Of a stretch of 64,000 bases of DNA, positions 18,895-27,302 are shown in pieces (the first letter of the stretch is position 1; each line of letters begins with the position of its first letter). The translations under genes were made by a program, and so were the position numbers. This stretch comes from Verrucomicrobiales bacterium. Lineage in GTDB: Bacteria; Verrucomicrobiota; Verrucomicrobiia; Verrucomicrobiales; V1-33. The stretch spans positions 5,817 through 69,816 of the forward strand of contig JAQGPJ010000079.1 of NCBI GenBank assembly GCA_028293125.1, written 5' to 3'. Under the pieces are notes generated by a model. The model did not search any database. It was not told the origin of the DNA and was given only the letters and a program-made list of their open reading frames with translations.

Positions 18895-20334
18895 ATGCCA
18901 CTGACACTCTTTGACACCATGTCCCGCGCGGCGCGGGAGCTGACCCCGATTGATGGCCAAACGCTGCGGTTCTACTGCTGCGGGCCGACGGTTTACGGGC
19001 CGGCGCATATCGGGAATTTCCGCACGTTCGTGCTGCAGGATCTGTTCCGCCGGGTGGTAGAGCTGGGCGGGGTGCCGACCAGGCATGTGCGGAATCTGAC
19101 GGATGTGGATGACAAAACCATCCGCGTCTCCCAGGAGCAGGGGCAAACGCTGACGGATTTCACGCGGCACTGGACGCGGCAGTTCCATGCCGACTGCGCC
19201 GCGCTGCACTGCCTGCCGCCGCATGTGGAGCCTGGCGCGGTGGACCACATCCCGCAGCAGGTAACCATGATTCAGGAACTGATGGCCAAGGGCCACGCCT
19301 ATGCGGCGGCAGACGGGTCCGTGTATTTCAAAGTGGCGTCCTATCCGGAATACGGACGGCTTTCGCGGCTGAATGAGCGGGAGCTGAAGCTGGGCACCTC
19401 CGTGGCTGATGACGAGTATGAGAAGGACACGCTGGCGGACTTCGCCCTCTGGAAAGCGCGCAAGCCGGAGGATGGTTCCAACTGGTGGCCCGCGCCCTGG
19501 GGCGAGGGTCGTCCCGGGTGGCATCTGGAGTGCTCGGCCATGATCCGGGAGTATCTGGGGGACACTTTCGATCTTCACTCCGGCGGGGTGGACCTCGTGT
19601 TTCCCCATCATGAGAACGAGATCGCGCAGAGCGAATGCTGCACGGAGAACCACGGCTTCGCGGCGCACTGGTTCCACATCACGCATCTGCTGGTGGACGC
19701 GAAAAAGATGAGCAAGAGCTTGGGCAATCTTTACACCTTGGCTGATCTCGTCGCCAGAGGCTTCACCCCGGAGGAGGTGCGTTATGTGCTGACCGCCGCC
19801 CATTACAGTGGACAGCTGAATTTCACCTTCGACTCTCTGGAGGCCGCCCGGCAGGTGCTGCTGCGGCTGGCCCGTGCGGAGCGCTCACTGGCCGCCCGTG
19901 CTTTCCCTGACAAAAACTCCGGTGCCTTGCCCACCCAAGTGGAAATTCCGCCACCGGCTTACGAATCTCTGATCCGGCAGGATCCCGGCCCGTTCGCCGC
20001 CGCTTGGAAGGCGCTGAACCACGATCTCAATACCGCCGAGGCGCTGGGTCATGTGTTCACCACCCTGAAATCCCTGAAGCCGGAGATACTCAACCCCGAG
20101 GAGGCGCTGTCCGCCTGGCGTGGGCTGCACCTGATCCTGACCGCTTTTGGAATCACGTTTCCCGAGGAAAAGGTGGAGGAGATTCCAGTGGAAATCCGCA
20201 CGCTGGCGGAAGCCCGCTGGGCCGCCCGCACTGCTAAAAACTGGGCCGAATCGGACCGCCTGCGCCGCGAGCTCGACAGCCTCGGCTGGTCCATGAAGGA
20301 TGGCCGGGAGGATTACACTCTCAGCCGCAAATAA
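18895..20334 (+). CDS. cysS: Cysteine--tRNA ligase
   Basis: HIGN motif in CGPTVYGPAHIGNFRTF and KMSKS motif in KKMSKSLGN. 479 aa. Confidence 0.95.
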   Translation: MPLTLFDTMSRAARELTPIDGQTLRFYCCGPTVYGPAHIGNFRTFVLQDLFRRVVELGGVPTRHVRNLTDVDDKTIRVSQEQGQTLTDFTRHWTRQFHADCAALHCLPPHVEPGAVDHIPQQVTMIQELMAKGHAYAAADGSVYFKVASYPEYGRLSRLNERELKLGTSVADDEYEKDTLADFALWKARKPEDGSNWWPAPWGEGRPGWHLECSAMIREYLGDTFDLHSGGVDLVFPHHENEIAQSECCTENHGFAAHWFHITHLLVDAKKMSKSLGNLYTLADLVARGFTPEEVRYVLTAAHYSGQLNFTFDSLEAARQVLLRLARAERSLAARAFPDKNSGALPTQVEIPPPAYESLIRQDPGPFAAAWKALNHDLNTAEALGHVFTTLKSLKPEILNPEEALSAWRGLHLILTAFGITFPEEKVEEIPVEIRTLAEARWAARTAKNWAESDRLRRELDSLGWSMKDGREDYTLSRK

Positions 20335-20385
20335 CGAAAAATCTTTCCACAGCCGGACCGGTGTTCAAGCCCTGTTCGGAACAGC

Positions 20386-20422
20386 AAAAAGGATGGCTCT
20401 GAGTTTCAGAGCCATCCTTTTG
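20386..20422. terminator. Bidirectional terminator between cysS and the repeat lipoprotein gene
   Basis: Perfect 12-bp stem ggatggctctga / tcagagccatcc with loop gtt, flanked by aaaaa and tttt. Confidence 0.8.
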
Positions 20423-20448
20423 TTTACAGGAGTGCCTGTGGTTAAATT

Positions 20449-23235
20449 TTATTGAACACGCCTCCTCTGATTATCATTTGATCCCCGGTTTTGCTGTTCC
20501 TGGGCTGGGCGTTGCTGCTGCTCGGCCTGTCGCTGTTGTTGCTCAGCGGCCCGGTTCTGCTGCTCCTGAGCCTGACGGGCCTGCTGCTCCTGGGCTTGGC
20601 GCTGCTGCTGTTCAGCGGCGCGGCGCTGCTGCTGCTCCTGGGCCTGACGGGCCTGCTCCTCCTGGGCCTGGCGCTGCTGCTGTTCGGCGGCGCGGCGCTG
20701 CTGCTGCTCCTGAGCCTGACGGGCCTGCTGCTCCTGGGCCTGGCGCTGCTGCTTTTCGGCGGCCCGGTTCTGCTGCTCCTGGGCCTGACGGGCCTGCTGC
20801 TGCTCGGCTTGGCGCTGCTGCTGCTCCTGGGCTTGACGCGCCTGTTCGCGCCGACCGTTTTCCTGCTGGTCGCGGGTGGCCTTCTCCTGCTGACCACGCT
20901 GCTGGACCTCGCGTTGCTTAGCTTCCTGCTGCTGCTCTTGGGCTTGACGGGCCTGCTCACGGCGGCCGTTTTCCTGCTGTCCGCGGGTGGCCTTCTCCTG
21001 CTGATCGCGCTGCTGGGTCTCGCGCTGCTGTTGTTCAGCGGCACGGCGCTTCTGCTCCTCGGCTTGAGGGGCCTGCTCACGGCGGCCGTTTTCCTGCTGG
21101 TCGCGGGTGGCCTTCTCCTGCTGATCGCGTTGCTGGGCTTCCCGCTGTTGCTGCTCCTGAGCTTGGCGGGCCTGTTCGCGGCGATTGTTTGCATCACGAT
21201 CGCGGTTCGGATTCCCCTGTTTGCCATGCTCTGGCTGCTGGTCGGCGGTTTGAGGCTTTTGTCCATCCTGACCGGGCTGGGTTTGTGGCTGGGACTGGGG
21301 GTGTGCAGGGCGGTTGTTGTTTTCTTTGTTACCTTGAGTTTCGCGCTGCTGGCGTTGCTGCTCCTGCAAATCAGCCAGCCGTTTTTGCTCCTCCTGAAGC
21401 TTGCGCAGCTGTTCGCGGCGGCCATTGTCATCGCGGGGACTATCGCCCCGGCGGGTTTGGTTGCGATCCTCACCTTGGCGGTCGTTGTTCCGGGGATTCC
21501 CAGGCTGGGCAGCCGGATCGTTGGCTGCGCCATTGGGTACGGGCGGAATACTGGTCTGATCCTGGTTGCCGCCGGGGCCGGACTTCTGAGCCTGGGCTTC
21601 GCGCTCTTGGCGGAGCTTCGCCACCGTCTGCTGACGCTCCTGAAGTTCTTTCTGCGCCGTCTCCCGCCGTTCCCTTCTGGCAATTTCAGCTTGGTTGCCG
21701 CCATTGGGATTGTCGGCGCGGGGATCGCCAAGTGGGTTGCCGTCAGGCTTTCCATCGCGGTTGGCGTCGGCGGTGCGGGGATCGCGGTTCGGACTGCCAT
21801 CGGGGCGACCGTCACGGTTGGCACTTGGGTTGCGCGGAGGACTGCCGTCGGGCTTTCCATCACGGTTGGTGTCGGCAATGCGGGGATCACGGTCGCGGCC
21901 GGGAGGGCCTCCGGGATTGCGGGGATCGCTGCCGGGGGGACGGGTTCTGTCATTCTGTCGCTCCACCAGCTGATCCCGGCGGGCACGGAGTTTTTCCAAG
22001 TTTTCATGCCGCTCCGCCAGCTGGCGCACGGGCTCCTGCTTCAGAGCCAGCACGGAGCGCTGGCGTCGCTCCTGCAGTGCCTCGCGGAAGCGTTTTTCGA
22101 GATCCGGTTTGAATTCCGGGCGGCGCACCACCTTGTTGTCATCCAGCCGACCGCGGAGAACGGCGGGGCGGATGCCTTCATTCCAAGCGGCACGCACGCT
22201 GGGTGCGTAGAGCGCCAGACGGTCGTTGTCAAACTTGGGGCGGTAGTCGCGCCGGTCATTGCCCCAGCTGCGGTTCCGCTCGATGCGGAAATGACGCATC
22301 GGCGCCGGCAGGCAGCTGTTAACCCAGTTGACCTCCGGCCCTCGGCAGATGACACGGCCCGGACGGATGCTGAAGTTGGTTTTACAGACGGTGACGCGGA
22401 AATGCAGCCGGCTTTCCGAAACCGGGCGGCAGTAGGAGCGGACCGGCTCATTGAAATAGCGCACCGGTATGAAGTTGTAGCAGTCCGGGCTGATGCCATA
22501 ATCGTCGTCAAAGCTGGGACCGTAGTCCGTGTTGGAGACATAAACCGTCTCCGGGGGCATGGGGCACCAGCCGACATAATCGTCATTGTTCCGCCAGCTC
22601 ACCCAGGCGGGAGCCCAAGTGTCACCAGGAACCCAGATCCAGCCGGCGTTCTGGAGCAGGGCCCAGCGGCCATAGTGATAAGTAGCCCAGCCAAAGGGCT
22701 CATCGGACGCCCAGGTCCAGCCCTGGTCGGAATCCACCCATTTACCCACCGTGTAGGGGCGCCAGTCGGCGGGCACGGAGGAAGGCTGCCAGACGTAGCC
22801 ATAGTCGGGGGTTTCCCTCCAGTCGCCGTAGGGAGCCAATCCCTCATAAAAAGCTTGGTAGTCACGGCCCCCGCCGGTGGCGGCGGAGGCGACAGGTTCG
22901 GGCTCCGGTTCCAGAGGAGGGGCGGTGGTAGCCTTGGCATTTTCCTTCGCCTTTTCCAAATCCGCCTGCTGCTGCGCCAAGGCCGCCTTCTCCTGGGCCA
23001 GCTGATCCTGTTGGATCTGGAGCTGAAGGGCGGCCTCCTGGGCTTTCAGATCCGCGATCTGGCGCTCCACTTCGGTGGTGTCGTCCGTTTCATCGGGCGG
23101 AGATGCTGCCTCCGGACCGGAAACCGCTGCCGGCGGGGAGTTATTGGAAATGGAAATGGAGGGCTGCTGCCCGTCACAGGCGGAAAACAGCAGTCCTGTG
23201 GAGACTGCCAAGGTGGGAAGCAAAAACGGTTTCAT
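20449..23235 (-). CDS. Large lipoprotein with W-rich repeat domain and long Q/E/R/A tandem-repeat C-terminus
   Basis: MKPFLLPTLAVSTGLLFSAC is a lipobox. The central domain reads YGYVWQPS..WRPYTVGKWVDSDQGWTWASDEPFGWATYHYGRWALLQNAGWIWVPGDTWAPAWVSW. The C-terminal 244 aa are Q/R/E/A repeats. Confidence 0.8.
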   Translation of the reverse strand: MKPFLLPTLAVSTGLLFSACDGQQPSISISNNSPPAAVSGPEAASPPDETDDTTEVERQIADLKAQEAALQLQIQQDQLAQEKAALAQQQADLEKAKENAKATTAPPLEPEPEPVASAATGGGRDYQAFYEGLAPYGDWRETPDYGYVWQPSSVPADWRPYTVGKWVDSDQGWTWASDEPFGWATYHYGRWALLQNAGWIWVPGDTWAPAWVSWRNNDDYVGWCPMPPETVYVSNTDYGPSFDDDYGISPDCYNFIPVRYFNEPVRSYCRPVSESRLHFRVTVCKTNFSIRPGRVICRGPEVNWVNSCLPAPMRHFRIERNRSWGNDRRDYRPKFDNDRLALYAPSVRAAWNEGIRPAVLRGRLDDNKVVRRPEFKPDLEKRFREALQERRQRSVLALKQEPVRQLAERHENLEKLRARRDQLVERQNDRTRPPGSDPRNPGGPPGRDRDPRIADTNRDGKPDGSPPRNPSANRDGRPDGSPNRDPRTADANRDGKPDGNPLGDPRADNPNGGNQAEIARRERRETAQKELQERQQTVAKLRQEREAQAQKSGPGGNQDQTSIPPVPNGAANDPAAQPGNPRNNDRQGEDRNQTRRGDSPRDDNGRREQLRKLQEEQKRLADLQEQQRQQRETQGNKENNNRPAHPQSQPQTQPGQDGQKPQTADQQPEHGKQGNPNRDRDANNRREQARQAQEQQQREAQQRDQQEKATRDQQENGRREQAPQAEEQKRRAAEQQQRETQQRDQQEKATRGQQENGRREQARQAQEQQQEAKQREVQQRGQQEKATRDQQENGRREQARQAQEQQQRQAEQQQARQAQEQQNRAAEKQQRQAQEQQARQAQEQQQRRAAEQQQRQAQEEQARQAQEQQQRRAAEQQQRQAQEQQARQAQEQQNRAAEQQQRQAEQQQRPAQEQQNRGSNDNQRRRVQ
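20452..21183 (-). repeat. In-frame tandem coding repeats (24-aa and 33-40-aa units)
   Basis: The 24-aa unit RAAEQQQRQAQEQQARQAQEQQQR occurs about 3-4 times. The longer unit RREQARQAQEQQQ..QQEKATRDQQENG occurs about 3 times. The DNA shows a periodic ctgctgctcctgggcctgacgggc pattern. Confidence 0.75.
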
Positions 23236-23522
23236 ATCGATCTATGGATGTTGCGCGAAGGTGGGACCGCCGGCAGGGGGCGTTTATTCATAGCACCGGC
23301 GTTTTCCCATCATTACGACCTTGGAATGGCACTGCGACGGAAGGAAGTGCCGGGTAAACCACCAACCGGCGGAGCGCTTTTGGAAATGATTATGGCAAAC
23401 GGTAAAAAAAACCGTCTATTGAATAAAGGAGCTGTTAATTTGAGTGAAAACCCCAGTGGATATCCTTCCAATGATGGAATGGGAAATAAAGCCCGGTTTC
23501 CGCCGCGCTCAGAACTGGGAAT

Positions 23523-26500
23523 TCAAGGTGTGACGATGTTGCCCATGAGGCGGGCGAACCCGTGGCTGGAGGACAGGGCGGGATCCAGTTGCATGAGAAC
23601 CACGCCCCGGGTGGTGGGCAGACTGGCGGCGGCAGTGGGGGATGGCGACCAAGTTTGCAGATCCGGGGACAGTTGCAGGAGGAGGGAGGAAGCCGCGGTG
23701 CCGGGGCGCGCAGGCCATTCAAAGCGGATTTTACCGGGCTGCGGCAGAGTGACACTCAGGGGAGCCGGGGAAACCCGGCGGGGATGGCTGACCGTGAGGT
23801 ATTCGAGAAGATTGGGCAGGCCGTCGTGGTCGGGATTGCCCAGAGGGCCGGAGATGGAGGGATCAGCGAGCTCCTCCGTGGTGAAGAAATCCGACCGCCA
23901 GTCCGCAAAGGTCAGGGTTTCCACCACGGTGCCGGGAGTGGGTGCGGCGGCGCGCCATTGGCTGGCGGTCGTGCCGTCGCTGCCGCTGGCGGGGGCCAGC
24001 AGGGTCAGGGACTTGCCGCCGCCGTCCGCCGCTTCCGGCCAGTCGCCGTTGTCCTGCCACGTGATGTCGGCGATGACGGCTCCCGAGGCGGTGACGAGTT
24101 TGATCTGCTCACCATTGTTGGCGAGACGGGTGCCGTTGGCAAAACCCCCGGCGGGTTCGAAGCCATAACGCAGAGCGAAGGCACCACGGTCGGACGCGAG
24201 CACCAGGCTGGCTCCCGGAGCCAGTTCGTGAACCTGGCTGCCAGTGGCGAAATCAAAATCGATGCCGGCGGCGAACCGCAGACTGTTCAGGGCGACAGGC
24301 TGCGCGGAGCGGTTGGTGATTTCCAGAAATTCAAATTGGTCAGCATTCGTGAACCCCGCCGCCGTCTCCTGCGGCGTGGGGTCGGCGGGATGGTAGTGAA
24401 TTTCCGAAATGGCCAGCGCGGCGGTGGCGGGAGGCACGGCGCTGGTGAACCGGGCTTCGGTCAGCGCGGACCACACGCCGTCCTTGAGGACACGGGTTTT
24501 GAGCGGGAATGACGCATTGCCGGGTGGGGTGACCGGGCCTTGGGCTGCGGTGGCGGAGGGTGAAACCGCTCCGGTGATGGAAATCCGGGGATCGCTGCCA
24601 TCGGTGGTGTAATAAAGAATGGCCGCCGGCTCCGGAGTGGTCAGGGTGATTTTGTCCTCCACTCCCAGAGCGCCGCCAAAGGGGGCGATGTCCGCCGGCT
24701 CGACCTGAGGGTAAAAGCCGCGCGCCCGGAACTGCCGGATGACAATGCCGGCGCGCTGCATGGCGAAGGTGCCGCGCAGCCACTCCGTCTCGGGCCGCCA
24801 GTATTGCTGCCGGGTGATGCGCTGATTTTTCCAGCCGGACACCACGCCCACGCCGGGCAGGACCGATATGCTTAAACCCGACACATCCCCCCAGCGGGCG
24901 GACTCCGCCAGAATGGGAGCGTCAAGCTCCTGAATCATGGCCGCCAGGCGCGCCTGGGCGTTGGCCGGGCTGAGAGCCCCCTGATTGTAATACAGCCGCC
25001 GCATGCGGTCGGCGGCGTGCAGGCGGAACTCCGGATCCTGCAGCAGCGCCGCCCACGGCGCGGCGGGGGTGTTGGGACGGGAGATGCCGGTGAAATCGAA
25101 CTCCAGCTGACGCTGGGACACCGGCCAGGCGAAGTTGTCCGGCAGCGGGGAGACGCCCGCCCAGTTGCGCAGCAGATGGTTGCCCATGCTGATCTCCGCA
25201 TCCCAGGTGAAGAACAGCCAAGGGGCGGCACCCGTCCCCCGCGTGTGATGCAGGGCATACCAGTTCTTGTTCTGATAAAAAGCGATGTTGCCGCTGGGAT
25301 TCACCCCGTCCACCCCGGGCATGTAGGCCGGCCCCAGCCAGTCGAAGTCCCCGGCCCAGATGCGCACCAGCAGGTGGTCAATCAAATTGTCAGGGCCAAT
25401 CAGGGCTTTCAAAGCCGCAATATCCACGGGCGTGGAGAGGGAGGAGGCAAGGGCCTGAAGATCATTCCAAGCCGCGTCGTCCCCATCCACCACCTGCTGT
25501 CCGGTGCCCGACTGGGCGTGGTGCACCACATCCCAGTCCTCCTCCGCGCCGCCTTCGTAGCCGGCAGCATAGCGGGCATTGGGACGCTCGTGGAGATCAT
25601 AGAGTCCCCAGTAGAGGCCGTTCAGGCAGAGGTGGACATACCGCCCGCGCGGGGAAAGCAACCCTATTTCATTTTCCGTGCGGCGCAGGAACTGGTCCCG
25701 GAGATAGGTGCCATGACCCGCGAGGTCATAGGAGTCCAAGCTGGAGAGGCCGGCCGCCGGCGAGACGGTGAAGCTGTCATGCCCTCCGGAGCGCAGGACC
25801 AGCTGGTCGAAGACCTCGTAGGGGCTGCCGGGGAAAAGTGGGTAATTCAGCGCTCCGTCGGTTTCCGTGCCGCTGAAGTCGAGCCGGTAGGCTTTTTTGG
25901 CGAATTCCCGGACGCCCCCGCCGTGGGCTTGGAGTGTGGCTCGGATGCTGAAGCGGTCCGCCGGATCCGCCGGGTTGAAATACTCCACCGCCACCGGTTT
26001 TTCCGTATCCCCCCTCCGGCCATTGCCATTGATGCCGTCCAAGCCGAACAAATCATCGACCTGGCCAGTGAGGCAGACCACGGGCAGGGTCTCCGTCAGG
26101 GCTGACCGGATACCGGGGTCATTGGTTACCCCGGCATCCATCCCGTAATCGGCCAGCACCCCAAGGGAGGAGTTGAGCTGGCCATTGCGCAGGGGATTGC
26201 CCCAGGTGGCGGGAAAGCCGGGCGGGCTGTCCGGCTGGGAAATCCAGCTGGAGGGAAAAATCCACGTGCGGGTGTCCGTGGTGGACGGCACCAGACCGGC
26301 TTTGAAACCCCGCACGCGCAGGACAGTGGTGGCGGACAGCGGCAGAGGCGCGTTGAGCAGCGGGCTGGCCGCACCCGGCTCCGAGCCATCCAGGGTGTAG
26401 CGGATTTCAGCGCCGGGAGTGTCCACGGTCACGGTCACCGTGGCTGGGGCATTCAGAAATCCCCGGGGCAGGCTGAAGTGGGTGTCCCGCACATAGTCCG

Positions 26501-27041
26501 TGAGCCCCTCCGCCGCATTGGCCTCTCCAGGGGTTGGGCTGGGGAACCAAACCGCCGGGCCATTGCCGCCCGCCGGCTTACCATAACTGTAGCCGGCGAA
26601 CTGCTTCGGATAATTTTCCCAGGCGGAGGCCGCCAGGCCGCCCTGCGGGGGGAAAAGAGCCAGCGACCCGCCTGAGGCCTTCAGCCGGAAACCGGTGTGC
26701 AGTTCCGAGGAGGGATCCGTGAGATTTTTTCCGGAGGCGCGCACCACCAGAAACTGCTGCGGGGACAGGCTGATATCGGGGAAAATCCACTTTTTGGGCT
26801 GGTTCGGATTGTCCGTGAGCGACCAGCCGCCGAGGTTCACCCCAGTGGCGTCGGGATTGTGGATTTCGATCCAGTCCGAGGATTCGCCAAAGGCATCGGT
26901 GTCCGTCCCCGGATTGGAGGCGAGGAATTCGCTGATCACAGGCCCGCCGCGGAGAAGCGGCACCGGCATCAGCGCCAGACCGAGTGCGGACACCAGTGCT
27001 GACAGCCGGGTGCGGGAAAAGGGGCGGCGTTTGCGTTGCAT
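23523..27041 (-). CDS. Giant secreted CotH-kinase-family protein with lamin-tail (LTD) domains
   Basis: ATG at 27041 (MQRKRRPFSRTRLSALVSALGLALMPV). LTD-like ISEFLASNPG..SDWIEIHNP and FEFLEITNRS. CotH-like YLRDQFLRRTENEIGLLSPRGRYVHLCLNGLYWGLYDLHERP. Two segments, IRYTLDGSEP and LYYTTDGSDP, resemble chitobiase C-terminal domains. Confidence 0.8.
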   Translation of the reverse strand: MQRKRRPFSRTRLSALVSALGLALMPVPLLRGGPVISEFLASNPGTDTDAFGESSDWIEIHNPDATGVNLGGWSLTDNPNQPKKWIFPDISLSPQQFLVVRASGKNLTDPSSELHTGFRLKASGGSLALFPPQGGLAASAWENYPKQFAGYSYGKPAGGNGPAVWFPSPTPGEANAAEGLTDYVRDTHFSLPRGFLNAPATVTVTVDTPGAEIRYTLDGSEPGAASPLLNAPLPLSATTVLRVRGFKAGLVPSTTDTRTWIFPSSWISQPDSPPGFPATWGNPLRNGQLNSSLGVLADYGMDAGVTNDPGIRSALTETLPVVCLTGQVDDLFGLDGINGNGRRGDTEKPVAVEYFNPADPADRFSIRATLQAHGGGVREFAKKAYRLDFSGTETDGALNYPLFPGSPYEVFDQLVLRSGGHDSFTVSPAAGLSSLDSYDLAGHGTYLRDQFLRRTENEIGLLSPRGRYVHLCLNGLYWGLYDLHERPNARYAAGYEGGAEEDWDVVHHAQSGTGQQVVDGDDAAWNDLQALASSLSTPVDIAALKALIGPDNLIDHLLVRIWAGDFDWLGPAYMPGVDGVNPSGNIAFYQNKNWYALHHTRGTGAAPWLFFTWDAEISMGNHLLRNWAGVSPLPDNFAWPVSQRQLEFDFTGISRPNTPAAPWAALLQDPEFRLHAADRMRRLYYNQGALSPANAQARLAAMIQELDAPILAESARWGDVSGLSISVLPGVGVVSGWKNQRITRQQYWRPETEWLRGTFAMQRAGIVIRQFRARGFYPQVEPADIAPFGGALGVEDKITLTTPEPAAILYYTTDGSDPRISITGAVSPSATAAQGPVTPPGNASFPLKTRVLKDGVWSALTEARFTSAVPPATAALAISEIHYHPADPTPQETAAGFTNADQFEFLEITNRSAQPVALNSLRFAAGIDFDFATGSQVHELAPGASLVLASDRGAFALRYGFEPAGGFANGTRLANNGEQIKLVTASGAVIADITWQDNGDWPEAADGGGKSLTLLAPASGSDGTTASQWRAAAPTPGTVVETLTFADWRSDFFTTEELADPSISGPLGNPDHDGLPNLLEYLTVSHPRRVSPAPLSVTLPQPGKIRFEWPARPGTAASSLLLQLSPDLQTWSPSPTAAASLPTTRGVVLMQLDPALSSSHGFARLMGNIVTP

Positions 27042-27302
27042 AGCGGGGAAGGAGGGTATCCTGACAGATGATTGGGAAAACCGCCATCTTTTCCGCTGGC
27101 CGGGGCCGCCGGGATGCAGCGAGTTGGAATTTTTCCATCCGGAAAACCCGTCCCTGCGGCGGGTATTTGCTCTTTTCAAAAAAGTTTTGACGGCTGGAGA
27201 GGCCTTCAAAGGCTGATAAGGGAGATAAAGTCAGGGCGGGTCCTTTTTAAGCCGAAGAACTGCAAATCAGGGATTGGCCAAAATTCCGCTCTGTGGCATG
27301 CT

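Noticed and set aside
20491-24168. 1225-codon plus-strand ORF, the longest in the track
   Set aside because: It runs antisense to two well-supported minus-strand genes and across their intergenic spacer. Its translation is L/G/A low-complexity, mirroring the Q/E/R repeat codons. It is an artefact of GC-rich repeat DNA lacking stops.
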